DNA of 63,033 bases, filler included, from Stramenopiles sp. TOSAG23-6 (lineage: Eukaryota), in assembly GCA_900128565.1 (NCBI GenBank). It is 12 parts of 12 records of this genome, joined end to end, with 100 filler letters (N's around TTAATTAATTAA, not from the genome) between each part and the next. Parts side by side here need not be neighbours in the genome. Positions count along the whole stretch, not along the records: positions 57,891 to 63,033 come from LT636969.1; 11 more parts are not named here. One strand, written 5' to 3'. The notes below the pieces were generated by a model. That model was not told where the DNA came from, did not search any database, and saw only the letters and a program-made list of their open reading frames with translations. Below are positions 60,801 through 63,033 of this stretch, piece after piece. A program made the position numbers and the translations under genes. Position 1 is the stretch's first letter. Each line of letters begins with the position of its first letter.

Positions 60801-62980
60801 GATGTTTGTATTGTAAGATCATTTTGCAATATTAGTAATACTCGTAGATGTTTAACAAACAACGATTGCCCGGAAGAAGAAATATGTGCCTTAGAGCTTC
60901 CAAAGGTGTCCAGTCGAATGTGCAATAAAACAAAGGATCAGGACTGTACAGAAGACACGGATTGTCCTAAAGGTGAGAAATGCATTGTCACCGCAAAGTG
61001 CAGTTTAACAAAGACGATGAAATGTGCGCATAAGGAAGAATGCCCAGCTGGTGAACTTTGTATTCCATTGTTACTTGCAGGACAGAAGGCGGTTTGTAAT
61101 ATTTGCAGAAAAAAATGTCAAAAGAAAACTGATTGCCCGGCTAATGAATTTTGTGTTCCGAAGAAATGGTGCGAAGTATCTGTTGAAGTTCCATGTCTTC
61201 AAGATTCCGATTGTCCATTGGTAGACGAAAATTGTATACCAGAAATGCTTGCAGGAACTAGTCTAATGTGTACTATCACTCAAAGTATTACATGCAAAGT
61301 CAATAAAGATTGTCCCCCAAAAGAACATTGTGTATTGAGAGCGTTTTGTAGTGTCACAAAAAGTAAACGTTGCGAAAATGATACCGATTGTCCATCTAAT
61401 GAAGTGTGTGAGCCTGTAAGATCAAAGTTTCAAGGTATGTGTTCTGTAACATGGGAGAAAAAATGTGCCGATACCAGTGAATGTCCTATGTCGGAGATAT
61501 GTGTTCCAAGAGACGATGATTTGTTAGCTCAGTTAGAAGCTCTTCAAAAGCAGCTTGCAGATTTACAGCGGTCATCTAGTAAATTATGTACATTCAATTC
61601 AGATTGTGAATGGTTGCAACGCTGTGTTTTGGGTGCATGTACCACAGTTACCGTTGGTACACGATGCGGGGGTGGGGAAGAAGCAGGAAATGGAATGTAT
61701 TGTTACGTTGATAAAGCAAGATCATTGGGTGGGCCAGTTGTATTGTACAATGAAGGAAAACGGTGTACGTTAGAGAGTGAACCGGAAAAGAGTGGAGTAT
61801 TAAATAATTGTGGTCCTGGATTGCATTGTGATCCTGAAACTCACCTTTGCCGAGTACCTTCTGGGGGGAATTGTGGGAGAGGAGTCTGTGAGGGTATTAT
61901 TAAAAAAGTAAAAAAAGGATCTAGCTGTATCGAACCTTCAGATTGTACATATGGGCAGCGATGTGTTACGAAAAAATGCACATACACATATGTTGGTAGT
62001 GCATGTCAAGGTAATTCAGACTGTGGTGCTGGAATGGAATGCGATGTGAGTAATCATTGTAAATGGATATCACCATGGGAAGGGAAGTCTTGTACATCTG
62101 ATAGAGATTGCGGCGATGGACAAAAATGTGGACCTGCTCAATTTCCAAAATGGAAAGGTAAGTGTAAGAACGTTTGTAATGGTTGTGAAACGGAAGATAA
62201 AAAATGTGCGAATGGAATGCTTGGTCTTCCACGTGTGCTAGGTAAAAATTTGAAAAGAACATTTAGATGCGTATGGAATGAACCTCCTCCTGGGACAATG
62301 TGTAGCGACACAGGCGACTGTGGTCCTCTTCAGAGATGTAAGAATAATGTTTGTCGTATAACTGAAATAGGTTCAATGTGTACAAATATCTCAGATTGTG
62401 GATTCGCACAGGTATGCCAAGCAAGTATGTGTGATATAGTAAAGGATGGTGAAAAATGTTCCAAATCTGGAAAGCAATGTGGAAATGGCCAGCGTTGTGT
62501 GAATGGAGAATGTCATGGCGAGCGACATTCATCTGGAAATTGGTGCAACAAACAAAAGGGTAAGGCAATAAAAGAACCCAAAGAAAAACTTGAAGGCAAG
62601 CTCATTTCATTTCGTTCAACAGATTGTGCTAAACGCGAAATATGTCGTGAAAATGTTTGTGTGGTGACACCTGTATCATCCGTGTGTGAAGAAACAAAGT
62701 TTTGCGGCAATGGAATGTATGTTTTCAAAAATGATTTTTTTTTTTTTTTAGTACGAAATTTTGTACCTAAGAAATTTTTGAATTTTTTTTTTTTAAATTT
62801 TCTTTTTTTATACCATAATTCACACCTAACAAAAAAAAATTAATGTAAAATATTTTACAAAATACATGAAATGTATAGATTTTAGATGTACATTTGGAGA
62901 AAGAAAAAATACTGACATTTCCATTTCTAAAGAAGGTGTATCTTGTAAGACAACATCTCAATGTGAAACTCAAGAAAGAT
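57891..62980 (+). CDS. Giant Cys-rich repeat extracellular protein (C-x6-C-x5-C-x5-C units); partial at both ends; frameshift at ~59760-59795. Introns 62717-62867 (GT-AT), 62981-
   Basis: More than 1600 aa of repeats such as CSKTRKLTCLLDSDCPKSEIC; spliced CGNGM|KCIDFRC. Confidence 0.8.
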
Positions 62981-63033
62981 GTATGTTTTATTTTTTTTCA
63001 AATTCGATTTTTTTTTCGTACGAAAGTTTGTAC

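Noticed and set aside
1-63033. Family repeats interpreted as CRISPR repeats, REP elements or attC sites
   Set aside because: The context is eukaryotic, spacing is irregular, the 'spacers' are in-frame exons, and no cas or integrase gene is present.

Overview
This is eukaryotic, AT-rich, gene-dense DNA. It consists of 12 unrelated ~5.15-kb scaffolds, sorted by length and joined with N-TTAATTAATTAA-N linkers, so adjacency across linkers means nothing. The host is probably a flagellated stramenopile-like protist from a single-cell or metagenome assembly (inference). About 27 full or partial genes can be reconstructed, including sds22/PPP1R7, CNOT10, an EF-hand formin, Pumilio, PRR11-like, USP35/38-like, a sulfatase, a GT37-like fucosyltransferase, PRODH, HPS3-like, TBCA, CEP70-like, a ChrR cupin and a giant Cys-rich protein. 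The outstanding feature is one family of ~90-110-nt repetitive introns (introner-like, roughly 55-60 full or partial copies). Its consensus is exon..AT | GTAYGTTTT-(T-rich, AATTTCGAATTT)-TTTTCGTACGAAATTTTGTACCTAAC-(A/T spacer)-AAATATTTTTC(C/A)MAATACAT | G..exon. Reading-frame reconstruction shows most copies end in AT (CAT/TAT) rather than AG, a few end in TT, and some begin with AT, GC or GA. They carry short terminal inverted repeats, an (C)ATG duplication and a palindromic core fused to the branch-point-like motif. Some sit head-to-tail with no exon between them, and the core also occurs in either orientation inside older GT-AG introns. All splice sites are inferred from DNA only; no RNA evidence is available.
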